IMG/VR virus record: IMGVR_UViG_3300027791_000026
Span: 1-57,215 of that record
Direction: 5' to 3' (one strand)
Length of the DNA stretch: 57,215 nt
Source: a virus
Lineage: Duplodnaviria; Caudoviricetes
The notes under the pieces are model-generated. The model was not told the origin of the DNA. It did not search any database and worked only from the letters and a program-made list of their open reading frames with translations. The position numbers were made by a program, and so were the translations under genes. This document shows, piece by piece, positions 38,141 to 47,741 of this stretch (the stretch's first letter is position 1; each line of letters opens with the position of its first letter).

Positions 38141-41100
38141 TAAACGTTAGCTGAATAGGTTATATCTTTAACTGGTAAATTTTGTTCACCGCTATAAGTA
38201 AGACCTATCTTTACACCTCTTGGTACAGATGCTAAATCTATATTAGTCTCGTAACTAACTAAATTAGTATATCTATCGGAAAAATTATCCTTAACGTCAA
38301 AAAATACTCTATTTAAATGTTCTTTAAATCTTACCCTATATACTTTAATAGGTGAATTATATTTAAAAATTTCATCGTTAAAGGTGGTTGATGATAGAAA
38401 ATCATATTGTGATTCAGTTGTACTTAATCTGGTAGTTACTGAAAATGGTCTCGGATTTAAATAGCCTCGGCTACCTGAATCTTTAAATAAGTTTCTTAGT
38501 CCATAAAAACCAGCAAAGTCAAAAGCAATACTCATTATATGACCTGACATAGCTGATAGACTTGTATCATTTGTAGCTAATAACCCTAACCCGGGTCCAG
38601 GTTCACCTCCCACATTATCTAATGGTTGTTCACCTTGCACTAAGAATACCGAAAAACCACTACCTTGAATTAAATCAAACTCACCAATAATATTGATACC
38701 ATCATCAGTAGTTATTTCAACACCACTACCAGGTTCAGTTAACAAATTTACTGCATCTCTATTAGTTTGCAATGATATGCAAATATCTTTTGCTGGGTTA
38801 ATTAATTCTTTTAACACAATACGATTACAAGACTCATCATCTGTAGATTCAGCCGATAACGATGTAACTGGTACAGTTAAAGATTTACCTAAAATTACAT
38901 CTAATGTATGGTCAGGATTTATTCCTTCAGATGGTATATATTGGTCAGGTAAGTTTAATGTAAGAGTTTGTTCTTTATTAACTTGCAGAACATCAATAGA
39001 TATGGTATCAATTACGGAAGTTATAAAATTATTCGATGATGAAAACAATGCATTGTTTTCATCTATATTAACAAAATTTAAATTTACATCAACCGGTTGA
39101 GGTATTATATTAGTTGATAACCTTACGTTAAACGTTTCGCCTTCAAACGCTGATAATCTGTCTGCAGATAATTTAAATTCATTAGTAAATTGAAACTCTC
39201 CATAAGCTAAAGATGCAGAGTCTATGCTTAAACTATTTATTGCAGTATCTACTAAACCTGTTCCCCAATTATCAGCACTTAAACTTAATTGTTCTATTGA
39301 AGAAAAATCATTAAAATTAACCCCTGTTAATTGAGTATAAACTAAATTTCCCACGGTAAGACCTAGCCCAGTTATTAATCCAGGAGCCCCTGCAGAAGAA
39401 AATTGTAATGAAGTATTACCTGATACACCCCCCTGAGGTACTTTAACATTTGCCCAACTTGATAATTTAAAAGTATCAGTACCAGTTAATTGTGTATATC
39501 TTAAAGTATTGCCGTTACCTCTATATCCAATTGCTGGTTTACCATTATATGGAGTTAATTCTAATGAAATTTTATTATCAGCAACATCTCCATTTAAATT
39601 TACACCATCTAGTCTAATGGTCCCCCAATCATTATCGCCTGTACCTGTTAATTCTGAGTAAAAAAGTGATGGACCACCATTAATGTGAGCAACTGCAGGT
39701 ATACCTGATGATAAAAACTGTATAGAAGAATTTTTACCCCCTAATATAAAAGGCGCTGGGTTTTCTTCTGGATCAGGATCAGGTACCTTATATACCCCCC
39801 AGTTACTCATTGAAGTAAAATCTGAACCAGTAAGTTCAGCTATTGCCAAACTTCTATAGCTTTGAAAAGATATAACTGGTTTACTAGATAAATTTAAAGC
39901 TAATGATGTTGCTGAATCAGCTGATAAATTTAACGTTTCATTACCCACAACAACTTTACCCCAGTTAGTAGAATCATAAAAATCAGCACCTGTAAGTTCA
40001 ATATACTTTAATGAATTATCAGTTTGATTTACATAACTTATAGCTGGTCTATTATCAATAGCTTTGAATGAAGTAAACTCTCCAGTATCATTAGTACTGT
40101 CTAGAGTCATTACAGCCCACTCTGATTGCGAAGGAGTACCATCAAAGTCAGCACCAGTTAATTGAGCAAACTTTAAGTCCCCTAAAACGTTATCGTGATA
40201 AGAAATAGCTGGTACTGCACCTGATAAGAATTGTAAAGAAGAAAACTTACCAGGAACATTAGCTGAGTCTACAGTATAAACTCCAAAACTATTATCACTT
40301 GAAAAATCAGTAGCAGTTAATTGAGCATATTTTAATGTATCAGAAGTATCATCAAAATAACTAATACCTACTTTATCTGCTATAGGAAACGTTCTTGGGT
40401 CTTTTAAAGGTAGAAAATCTAAAACTATAGGATCAGGGGCGCTAACTGCCTGGATATAAGTAGTAACGTTTCCTGTTATAAGTGTATCGGAATTTTCTAA
40501 TAATGAATGATTACCCCAATTACCCGAACCCGTTAACGCAAAATAATCTGATCCAGTTAATTGAATAACGTTTACAGTATCATTCACACCTGATATATAA
40601 GATATAACTGGTGAACATGGATAAAAACTATTCTCTGGTTGAAAATTAAAATTACAATAAGATGCAGATACCCCTAAGTTAGTATTTTTCCAATGATTAA
40701 TATTGTGAATACTATCCCCGGTCAAACTAAAATAGTTTAAATTGTTATTTTCATCATAATAAACTATTGCAGGTTTGCTATCTTTGGTAGAAAAATTTAA
40801 TTTAGGCTTATTAACTCCTGATAAGTTTTCAAAGGTTACAAATACAAGGTGGTCTCTATTTTCATAATTTGAACCTGTAAGCTGTACATATGATAGTGTA
40901 CTGTAATATTCATTCCCAGTAGATTTACCCTTACTAGAAGCAAAAGCTACTTTACCTGCTGAATTAAAATCAATGCTAGTATGAATAGGGTTTTCAAGGC
41001 CTGAATCAGATGATAATATTTCAGTTTTGGTGTAAGGACCTCTTATATCGACTCCAGTTAGTTGATAATAGAACAATTCACCACCATATATAGATACTAT

Positions 41101-41685
41101 ACCTGGATTGTCATTTCCTTTAGAAAGAGCTATATCACATGTATATTGATCGAAAACGTAACCGGCTGATTCCCCTATAGGTCCAGAATAAATCCATTGA
41201 TTAGTATTATGTATATCTGACCCAGTTAATTCAATTAATGAAATAAAACTATCATCTACATTTTTTATTATTGGTTTTCCTCCAGTTAAATGTAATAATT
41301 TTGTACTTTTAAACCCGTCAAAACTAATATTATTTAAAAAAGCAAAAGAGTAATGGTTTTTATTAATTAAATCTGAACCTGTTAATATGGTATATACTGA
41401 ACCTGATAAAGTATTATTGAATAAAAAACTTGGTTTACCTGAATAAGTTACTTCATTATCTTCAATATTAAATTTGGGTGCTGAGGAAGAACTGTAACTG
41501 GGTATATTAAAGCTAACTAAAGGAGTTGGATATAACTGGCCACTAACATTTGGAATAGTATCTATAAAATCAAATTTATTAAAATCCATTTCACTATAAT
41601 TTGATATAGATTCAAAAGCTGAACCAGCCGTATTTAAAGTTAATTGTAGATATTTATTACCTTGAGTTGTACCGAACGTATACAT
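38137..41685 (-). CDS. Large repeat (beta-propeller-like) virion protein with C-terminal legume-lectin-like domain
   Basis: Repeats of PAISY.D....LKY.QLTG.DF....W....VD; C-terminal GFSVFL...GG.PG.GLG...SIAFD. Confidence 0.6.
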   Translation of the reverse strand: MYTFGTTQGNKYLQLTLNTAGSAFESISNYSEMDFNKFDFIDTIPNVSGQLYPTPLVSFNIPSYSSSSAPKFNIEDNEVTYSGKPSFLFNNTLSGSVYTILTGSDLINKNHYSFAFLNNISFDGFKSTKLLHLTGGKPIIKNVDDSFISLIELTGSDIHNTNQWIYSGPIGESAGYVFDQYTCDIALSKGNDNPGIVSIYGGELFYYQLTGVDIRGPYTKTEILSSDSGLENPIHTSIDFNSAGKVAFASSKGKSTGNEYYSTLSYVQLTGSNYENRDHLVFVTFENLSGVNKPKLNFSTKDSKPAIVYYDENNNLNYFSLTGDSIHNINHWKNTNLGVSASYCNFNFQPENSFYPCSPVISYISGVNDTVNVIQLTGSDYFALTGSGNWGNHSLLENSDTLITGNVTTYIQAVSAPDPIVLDFLPLKDPRTFPIADKVGISYFDDTSDTLKYAQLTATDFSSDNSFGVYTVDSANVPGKFSSLQFLSGAVPAISYHDNVLGDLKFAQLTGADFDGTPSQSEWAVMTLDSTNDTGEFTSFKAIDNRPAISYVNQTDNSLKYIELTGADFYDSTNWGKVVVGNETLNLSADSATSLALNLSSKPVISFQSYRSLAIAELTGSDFTSMSNWGVYKVPDPDPEENPAPFILGGKNSSIQFLSSGIPAVAHINGGPSLFYSELTGTGDNDWGTIRLDGVNLNGDVADNKISLELTPYNGKPAIGYRGNGNTLRYTQLTGTDTFKLSSWANVKVPQGGVSGNTSLQFSSAGAPGLITGLGLTVGNLVYTQLTGVNFNDFSSIEQLSLSADNWGTGLVDTAINSLSIDSASLAYGEFQFTNEFKLSADRLSAFEGETFNVRLSTNIIPQPVDVNLNFVNIDENNALFSSSNNFITSVIDTISIDVLQVNKEQTLTLNLPDQYIPSEGINPDHTLDVILGKSLTVPVTSLSAESTDDESCNRIVLKELINPAKDICISLQTNRDAVNLLTEPGSGVEITTDDGINIIGEFDLIQGSGFSVFLVQGEQPLDNVGGEPGPGLGLLATNDTSLSAMSGHIMSIAFDFAGFYGLRNLFKDSGSRGYLNPRPFSVTTRLSTTESQYDFLSSTTFNDEIFKYNSPIKVYRVRFKEHLNRVFFDVKDNFSDRYTNLVSYETNIDLASVPRGVKIGLTYSGEQNLPVKDITYSANVY

Positions 41686-41691
41686 TAAAAA

Positions 41692-41697
41692 TATTTA
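41692..41697 (-). promoter_or_regulatory. Late promoter box
   Basis: TAAATA 6 nt before ATG 41685. Confidence 0.65.
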
Positions 41698-41729
41698 TTA
41701 CTTTATTGGCATTATCAAATACATAAAAG

Positions 41730-41758
41730 TTGATTAGTTACTATCTATATTATATAAT
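41730..41758 (+). promoter_or_regulatory. Sigma70-type promoter, near-leaderless
   Basis: TTGATT-N17-TATAAT-N7-ATG 41766; same AAAGTTGA context as the dut promoter. Confidence 0.7.
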
Positions 41759-41765
41759 AGAGCAT

Positions 41766-41963
41766 ATGAGTAAGTATAAAGCTATACGAGAGCAACTGCG
41801 CGTAGAGGTAGATAATAAACAACAAGGTACCGTTGATACCTTTTTAAGAGATATAGAACAACGACATATGCAAGATGAATTTTGCGACCAGTATGTTAAA
41901 TTACAAGACGTAGGCTTTAGCCCGTATGATTGTCTAATAGCATTTATGAAAGGAAATAAATAA
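41766..41963 (+). CDS. Small hypothetical protein
   Basis: Start revised to ATG 41766 (MSKYKAIRE...), because TTG 41730 is the -35 box; coupled to guaC by TAATG. Confidence 0.65.
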   Translation: MSKYKAIREQLRVEVDNKQQGTVDTFLRDIEQRHMQDEFCDQYVKLQDVGFSPYDCLIAFMKGNK

Positions 41964-42982
41964 TGAATACATTTTATAGTTATAAAGATATAGTACTGCA
42001 ACCTGCGTACTCTGAAATTAAATCGAGATCATCCTTAGATGCATCAGTAAAGTTTTTGGGTAAAACATTTGAAAGCGCTGCTATACCAGCCAATATGAAA
42101 TGCACTATTAATTTTAATAAAGCTAGAGAGTTAAGTGAAGCTGGTTATTTTTATGTGCTGCATAGATTTTACGATTACGATAAAATCTTAGATTGGATGA
42201 TCGAAAATAAAGATATGAAAACTATTTCAATATCTGTAGGTGTAAATAAAAAAGATCGAGAGTTTATTGATAAGATTGCAGTAAAAGGTATAAGTGTTGA
42301 TTTCATTACTATTGATGTTGCTCATGGTCATCATGTATTAGTGAAAAATATGATTACTTATATTAATAATAAATTAAGAGTTAATGTTATTGCTGGTAAT
42401 GTAGGTACCTGGGAGGCTGCAAAAGACTTATATGATTGGGGAGCTGATGCAGTTAAAATTGGATTGTCGATGGGTAAGAGCTGCACTACGTATAACTGTA
42501 CGGGGGTAGGTACCCCTATGTTCAGTGCAGTCTCATCTATTGCTAAACAGAAATTTAGTAAGTATGTAGTTCATAAGCAAGGCGGGTTAGCTGGTGAGTA
42601 TAAAGATATATCAATACCTATTATAGCTGATGGACAAATAAGAGAAGTCGGTGACGTTTGTAAAGCATTAGTTGCTGGAGCTAATATGGTAATGATTGGT
42701 AGTGAGTTTGCAAAGTGTGAGGATAGCCCTGCTGATATTATGGGAGGACCTGCTATGGGTAATGTTAATAGGAAAGTCTTTTATGGTAGTGCTTCGTCAA
42801 CGAATAAAGGTCATGAAGGGTATGTTGAAGGCCAAACAGTATATATGGATATGAGGAATGAAACATATGTTCAATACTTTAACAGAATTAACCAAGGTAT
42901 TCAAAGTTGTATGAGTTATGCAGGAGTCGATAATATTACTTCCTTATCAGGTATGGAATTCTTTATACATACGAATAATTAA
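41963..42982 (+). CDS. guaC: GMP reductase (GuaC; IMPDH/GMPR family)
   Basis: [29 protein letters not shown], catalytic-loop CTT, PIIADG.IR..GD..KAL..GA.MVMIG, FYGSAS, VEG; no CBS domains. Confidence 0.88.
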   Translation: MNTFYSYKDIVLQPAYSEIKSRSSLDASVKFLGKTFESAAIPANMKCTINFNKARELSEAGYFYVLHRFYDYDKILDWMIENKDMKTISISVGVNKKDREFIDKIAVKGISVDFITIDVAHGHHVLVKNMITYINNKLRVNVIAGNVGTWEAAKDLYDWGADAVKIGLSMGKSCTTYNCTGVGTPMFSAVSSIAKQKFSKYVVHKQGGLAGEYKDISIPIIADGQIREVGDVCKALVAGANMVMIGSEFAKCEDSPADIMGGPAMGNVNRKVFYGSASSTNKGHEGYVEGQTVYMDMRNETYVQYFNRINQGIQSCMSYAGVDNITSLSGMEFFIHTNN

Positions 42983-42986
42983 TTAA

Positions 42987-43892
42987 ATGCCCACTAAAGA
43001 TAATTATGTAATTTTTAACCCTGAAGGAGGGTTAGGTAAAATTATTGCTTCTACTGCTTTAATTGAACCTATAAAAGAAAAATATCCTGATCATAAAATA
43101 ATTGTATTAACACCATGGGCTGAAGTATTTGTAAATAACCCACATATACATAGAGTTTTTCGATCAGGTGTTACTCCTTATTTTTATAGGGATTATCTTG
43201 AAGGTAGAGAGAGTGTTGTATTAAAAGGTGAACCTTATTTCAATACACCTCACTTATACAGTAAACAGCATTTAATTAAGTCTTGGTGTGAGCTTCACGA
43301 TTTAACTTTTAAAGATACACTAAGACCTCAGATATTTTTTAATGTTGCTGAAAAGACATATTATAGTTCTAATATACAAGCAACTGATAAGCCTATTTTG
43401 ATAATGCAAACCAACGGTGGTCCTTATGATGATGGTCGTTCTTATGCGTGGACAAGAGATTTACCTCATGAACAGTCTCAAATTTTAGTTAACGAATTAT
43501 CTAAACTATATAAGATTTACCACATAACTCGTAAAAACGGTCCTCAATTAGCTGGTGTAGAAAGAGTAGAAGATGTACCTAATAAAAGAATTTTAATATC
43601 ATTGTTACTTAAATCAGAAAAAAGGCTTTTAATTGATAGCTGTTTGCAGCATGCGGCTGCTGCATTAAACCTACCATCTACTGTATGCTGGGTTGGTACT
43701 GATCCGAAAGTATTCGGATATAAAATACATAAAAATATACTACCGGTTAAAGACAAACAAGATATTGGAGGTTGTCATATGATTGATAGTTTATTCTTTG
43801 ATCATGATTTTAATGGACCAGAGCATGAATATCCATACGACGATTTCAATATATTTAACTTACAAGCAATATACGATAGTTTAGCAAAATGA
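42987..43892 (+). CDS. Glycosyltransferase, GT9 (heptosyltransferase)-like, GT-B fold
   Basis: GGLGK.IASTA.I..IK.KYP, NNPHI, IDS.LQHAAAALNLP.TV.W.GT.P..FGY. Confidence 0.75.
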   Translation: MPTKDNYVIFNPEGGLGKIIASTALIEPIKEKYPDHKIIVLTPWAEVFVNNPHIHRVFRSGVTPYFYRDYLEGRESVVLKGEPYFNTPHLYSKQHLIKSWCELHDLTFKDTLRPQIFFNVAEKTYYSSNIQATDKPILIMQTNGGPYDDGRSYAWTRDLPHEQSQILVNELSKLYKIYHITRKNGPQLAGVERVEDVPNKRILISLLLKSEKRLLIDSCLQHAAAALNLPSTVCWVGTDPKVFGYKIHKNILPVKDKQDIGGCHMIDSLFFDHDFNGPEHEYPYDDFNIFNLQAIYDSLAK

Positions 43893-44713
43893 AAATAATA
43901 TTTAACTCATCAATGCCTAGAGCCTGTAGTACTTTATTACAAAATATATTCGCTCAAAACCCTAATTTTTATGCAACACCGACCGACGGTCTTATAGAAC
44001 TCTTAGACGGTGGAAGACAACGATTTACTGATAGTGTAGAATTTAAAGCTTCTATGGATCAAGATTTATCATTACAATCATGGCGTAACTTTTGTAGAGG
44101 GGGCATGCAAGGTTATTGTAATACTTTAACCGATAAACCTAATATAGTTTTAAAAGGTAGAGGGTGGAAAGGTAATATAGATTGGGTAGAAAATTTTATG
44201 GGTGAAAAGCCTATAATGTTTTGCATGGTAAGAAATTTAAAAAGTATAGTAGCATCGTTTGAAAAACTGCATAGAAAGAATCCAGATAAAACCTCACAGT
44301 GGTTATTAAATCATGAAGCTAGAGGTACAACAGTTTTTAAAAGAGTAGATATGTATTTAAAAAATATACCTTTAAGTATTAGTTTGGATAGAATTCAAGA
44401 AATTTTAGAAAGAGGTATGGAAGATAAAATTAGATTTATTCGAGCAGAGAATCTTACTTCATCTCCTCATGAAATAATGAATGAAGTTTATGATATATTA
44501 GAAGTAGAAAGATACACACATAACTTTAATAATATCGAGCAAGTGACGAAAGAAAACGATGTTATACATGCTTTAGATAATGACTTACATACAATTAAAA
44601 ATGAAGTCAAACCATTAGTAGACGATTATATGGAAATTTTAGGTAAGGATGCTTGTGATATGATTGATAGAGATTATGCTTGGTATCAAAAATATTTCAG
44701 TTATATAGATTAG
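43889..44713 (+). CDS. PAPS-dependent sulfotransferase
   Basis: SSMPRACSTLLQNI 5'-PSB loop, MVRN...IVASF 3'-PB motif, IRAENL...P. Confidence 0.85.
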   Translation: MKIIFNSSMPRACSTLLQNIFAQNPNFYATPTDGLIELLDGGRQRFTDSVEFKASMDQDLSLQSWRNFCRGGMQGYCNTLTDKPNIVLKGRGWKGNIDWVENFMGEKPIMFCMVRNLKSIVASFEKLHRKNPDKTSQWLLNHEARGTTVFKRVDMYLKNIPLSISLDRIQEILERGMEDKIRFIRAENLTSSPHEIMNEVYDILEVERYTHNFNNIEQVTKENDVIHALDNDLHTIKNEVKPLVDDYMEILGKDACDMIDRDYAWYQKYFSYID

Positions 44714-47457
44714 TGTAAATCTACCCAAGCACCATTTGCATAACCTTGGAATTTATTAGTAGTACTATTATAAATTAACATTCCATTTTCAGCAGTAGTA
44801 CCAAGATCGTTATTTCTTTTAGTTGTGGTAAACTTACCGGTAAATATTGTACCTTGTGAACTAATATTATTAACAAACGTTGTTGCTGATAGGTTACTAG
44901 TTAAGTTTGTACCAATAATAAAAGATGATTCATGACCGGTATCGATTACATTAGACTTACCACCGAATATACCGGAATGCTCACCAGAAGCACTATTTGA
45001 ACTACCACCACCAATAAATGATGCTACACCAGAAACGTTATTAAATTGACCACCACCAATAAATGATGCTGAACCTGATGCTGTATTACTATTACCACCT
45101 ACAATAACATCAGCGGCACTTAAAGTTTTATTACTACCACCACCACCAATAAAACTAACAAGACCAATAGCTTGTTGAAACACCCCACCACCAATAAAAG
45201 CTTGACTACCAGTTGATACATTTATAAATCCACTAGCTACCCCGCCGGCGAAGCCGCATGCAATATTGCTTTGACCACCACCTACAGTTGAATAGGCACC
45301 GATAGCACAATTAGCAATACCGCCGCCGACGCTCGCTTGTGATCCAGTTGCTTTATTACCAATACCACCTACTACGACGGTATTGCTACCTGTGGTAGCA
45401 CAATTATTAACCCCACCTCCAATGAATGAACAAATTGCTGTAGCTTTATTATTTGTACCACCGGCAACGACTGCCCGGTTACCTACAATATTACAATTAC
45501 CACCTCCAACAGACGCGTATGCTGAACCAACAAGCGCAGTATTCCTTGAACCGCCTCCGATAAAATTACCAAAAGTACCATCAGGAATGATATTACTTAC
45601 ACCACCTGTTACAGTTGAGAATTGACCAGCAGCTGTATTATGTTTACCACTACCAACAAATGATGCTGAACCAGCAGCTGTATTCATACAACCTCCACCT
45701 ATAAAATCAAATGTACTTAATGAACAATTATACATACCACCAGTTGCAACTGAACAATTACCATATGCTCTATTTAAATTACCACCGGCAATGACTGCTG
45801 AATAACCTCTAGTGTAATTATATGTACCACCGGCAACGTTCGAATAGTTACCGTTAGTGCAATTAAAAAGACCACTTGCTATAGATGAATAGTTACTAGA
45901 TGCAATATTGCCGAGACCGGATGAAATATTTGCACAATTACCACTAGCTGTATTTTTAAAACCTGCAGTTACAGTAGAACTATTACCACTAGCTATATTA
46001 CCTTCACCACCTCCAACAAATGACCTGATACCTGTAGCTTTACTACTAAATCCTGCTACTACAGTAGAAAATAAACCTGAGGCGATATTGCATGAACCTG
46101 CGCCAACAAATGATGCTGACCCGGAAGCTGTATTGGATTTACCACCACCTATAAAATCAAATGTACTCAATGTTCTATTATTTTGACCACCTCCAACGAA
46201 TGAATGATGACCCATGGCTGCATTGCTTAAGTTATACCCACCACCACCACCGACAAATGAATTGCAACCGGTTGCGTAATTTATTTGACCACCAGCAACG
46301 GTACTGCTTTGCCCGGTAGCAAAATTTGAATTACCCCCGGCGACTGTTGCGCCATCGCCGCTTGCTCTATTCGCGGTGCCACCGGCAATGGTAGAATTAT
46401 TACCACTAGCAAAATTATATTGACCACCACCTATGTTCGAATACGACCCCTGTGCGTTATTATCCAGACCTCCAACAACAGATGAACCATTACCAGTAGA
46501 TTTATTTAACTGACCACCTCCAACGAATGTACGATTACCACTAGCTGTATTATTATCACCTCCAATTATTTTATTTGCTGTTAAACTTACTGCTGATAAA
46601 CTATTAAGAACTTGATCAGATACAGTCACCCCTCCGGTAAATATATTTCCAGTAGCAGATATATTACCTACTACAGTAAGCTTTTCATTAGCAGATAAAG
46701 CACCTAAAACAATATTACCATTATCATTGAAAATAATATCCCCTCCATTTACGTCGATGAAATGTGCTATCGGTTCACTTCCATTTTGCTGTACATATAA
46801 AGCAGGTCCTGTACCATCATTAGTAACACTTAAAGAAGAAGTAGTTGTTGTAACTGTGTTAAAAATTACTTCATCTCCTAATACTGATAAGTTTTGAGTA
46901 ACAAGAAAATCAGTAACTTTAATTGTAGGTGAAGAAAATTTACTCATTACCGATAAATTATCTACATAAGTAAAATCTGGAATTGTAGTTTGTATACCTG
47001 AACCTCCCAATATAACTGTACCACTATGGCTTATTGTGTTCGAGCAACCACCAATCATAACACTATTACAATTATCAGGGTCGCAATTATTAATTAAATT
47101 ACTATTACCTCCAATAATAACTGAATTTTCAGCACAGTTAAAATTATTAACACCTCCAGCCACTAGTGAATTACTCTTATCTACTCTATTTAAATTACCT
47201 CCAATGATAGTGCCGTAAGTACCAGATGCATAATTAGATGATCCACCAAAGACAACAGCTTTAGTTCCAGGGTTTTGATTAGAATGTGGATTGGTAACTA
47301 TTGTACCAGCAGATAAATCTGCCATCTCTAGAGTACCTAATACTGCAGTAGATAATGAAGTTTTTCTTGTTGTACCATTTTCAACTATCGGTATTACTTG
47401 AGAACCGTTTTGAGATAATGAACAAGTTAGGTTAGAAATTTTAATACCAGTGGACAT
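44710..47457 (-). CDS. Long Gly-rich repeat fibre (beta-roll/YadA-head-like repeats)
   Basis: Dozens of ~14-aa units S.V.GG..N.ASG; shared N-terminal module; NGMLIYN....FQGY..G.W C-terminus; 17 Cys. Confidence 0.75.
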   Translation of the reverse strand: MSTGIKISNLTCSLSQNGSQVIPIVENGTTRKTSLSTAVLGTLEMADLSAGTIVTNPHSNQNPGTKAVVFGGSSNYASGTYGTIIGGNLNRVDKSNSLVAGGVNNFNCAENSVIIGGNSNLINNCDPDNCNSVMIGGCSNTISHSGTVILGGSGIQTTIPDFTYVDNLSVMSKFSSPTIKVTDFLVTQNLSVLGDEVIFNTVTTTTSSLSVTNDGTGPALYVQQNGSEPIAHFIDVNGGDIIFNDNGNIVLGALSANEKLTVVGNISATGNIFTGGVTVSDQVLNSLSAVSLTANKIIGGDNNTASGNRTFVGGGQLNKSTGNGSSVVGGLDNNAQGSYSNIGGGQYNFASGNNSTIAGGTANRASGDGATVAGGNSNFATGQSSTVAGGQINYATGCNSFVGGGGGYNLSNAAMGHHSFVGGGQNNRTLSTFDFIGGGKSNTASGSASFVGAGSCNIASGLFSTVVAGFSSKATGIRSFVGGGEGNIASGNSSTVTAGFKNTASGNCANISSGLGNIASSNYSSIASGLFNCTNGNYSNVAGGTYNYTRGYSAVIAGGNLNRAYGNCSVATGGMYNCSLSTFDFIGGGCMNTAAGSASFVGSGKHNTAAGQFSTVTGGVSNIIPDGTFGNFIGGGSRNTALVGSAYASVGGGNCNIVGNRAVVAGGTNNKATAICSFIGGGVNNCATTGSNTVVVGGIGNKATGSQASVGGGIANCAIGAYSTVGGGQSNIACGFAGGVASGFINVSTGSQAFIGGGVFQQAIGLVSFIGGGGSNKTLSAADVIVGGNSNTASGSASFIGGGQFNNVSGVASFIGGGSSNSASGEHSGIFGGKSNVIDTGHESSFIIGTNLTSNLSATTFVNNISSQGTIFTGKFTTTKRNNDLGTTAENGMLIYNSTTNKFQGYANGAWVDLH
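44950..46570 (-). repeat. Degenerate ~42-bp coding tandem repeats
   Basis: Recurrent ccacc/attacc units encoding GGxxNxASG; closely similar blocks at about 45661-45720 and 46111-46170. Confidence 0.7.
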
Positions 47458-47463
47458 ATTAAT

Positions 47464-47469
47464 TATTTA
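47464..47469 (-). promoter_or_regulatory. Late promoter box overlapping upstream stop
   Basis: TAAATA 6 nt before ATG 47457. Confidence 0.6.
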
Positions 47470-47709
47470 TTCATCATACACATCTATTATCTGGGGTACA
47501 CATGCAAGAATGGTTAATATATTTTTTTGAATTTCCTTTTCAAAAATAATTTCTAAGGATAACCAGTTATTTTTAATTATTTTGACAATTTCGTCCAAAT
47601 AATCTTTACGTACTTCTAAGAGAATACTTTCTCTCTCATAGTCGATATATAATATATCAGTAAATTCATCTAACCTAGATTTTATATCAAAAAACATATC
47701 CTCTTCCAT
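47467..47709 (-). CDS. Small acidic hypothetical late protein
   Basis: Start revised to ATG 47709 (MEEDMFF...), 5 nt after TAAATA 47720-47715. Confidence 0.65.
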   Translation of the reverse strand: MEEDMFFDIKSRLDEFTDILYIDYERESILLEVRKDYLDEIVKIIKNNWLSLEIIFEKEIQKNILTILACVPQIIDVYDE

Positions 47710-47714
47710 GTAAT

Positions 47715-47736
47715 TATTTAGGAACTGTGATATAAT
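47715..47736. promoter_or_regulatory. Back-to-back late (minus) and GGAAC-class (plus) promoters
   Basis: tattta abuts GGAAC-TGTGA-TATAAT; ATG 47742 follows by 5 nt. Confidence 0.75.
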
Positions 47737-47741
47737 AATAT

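Noticed and set aside
12174-41962. Claim that the genome has no Shine-Dalgarno sites at all
   Set aside because: A few operon-internal genes have SD-like sequences (GAGGTG before 12191, TAAGGA before 14136, AAGGA before 41963), so the leaderless claim is limited to promoter-proximal genes
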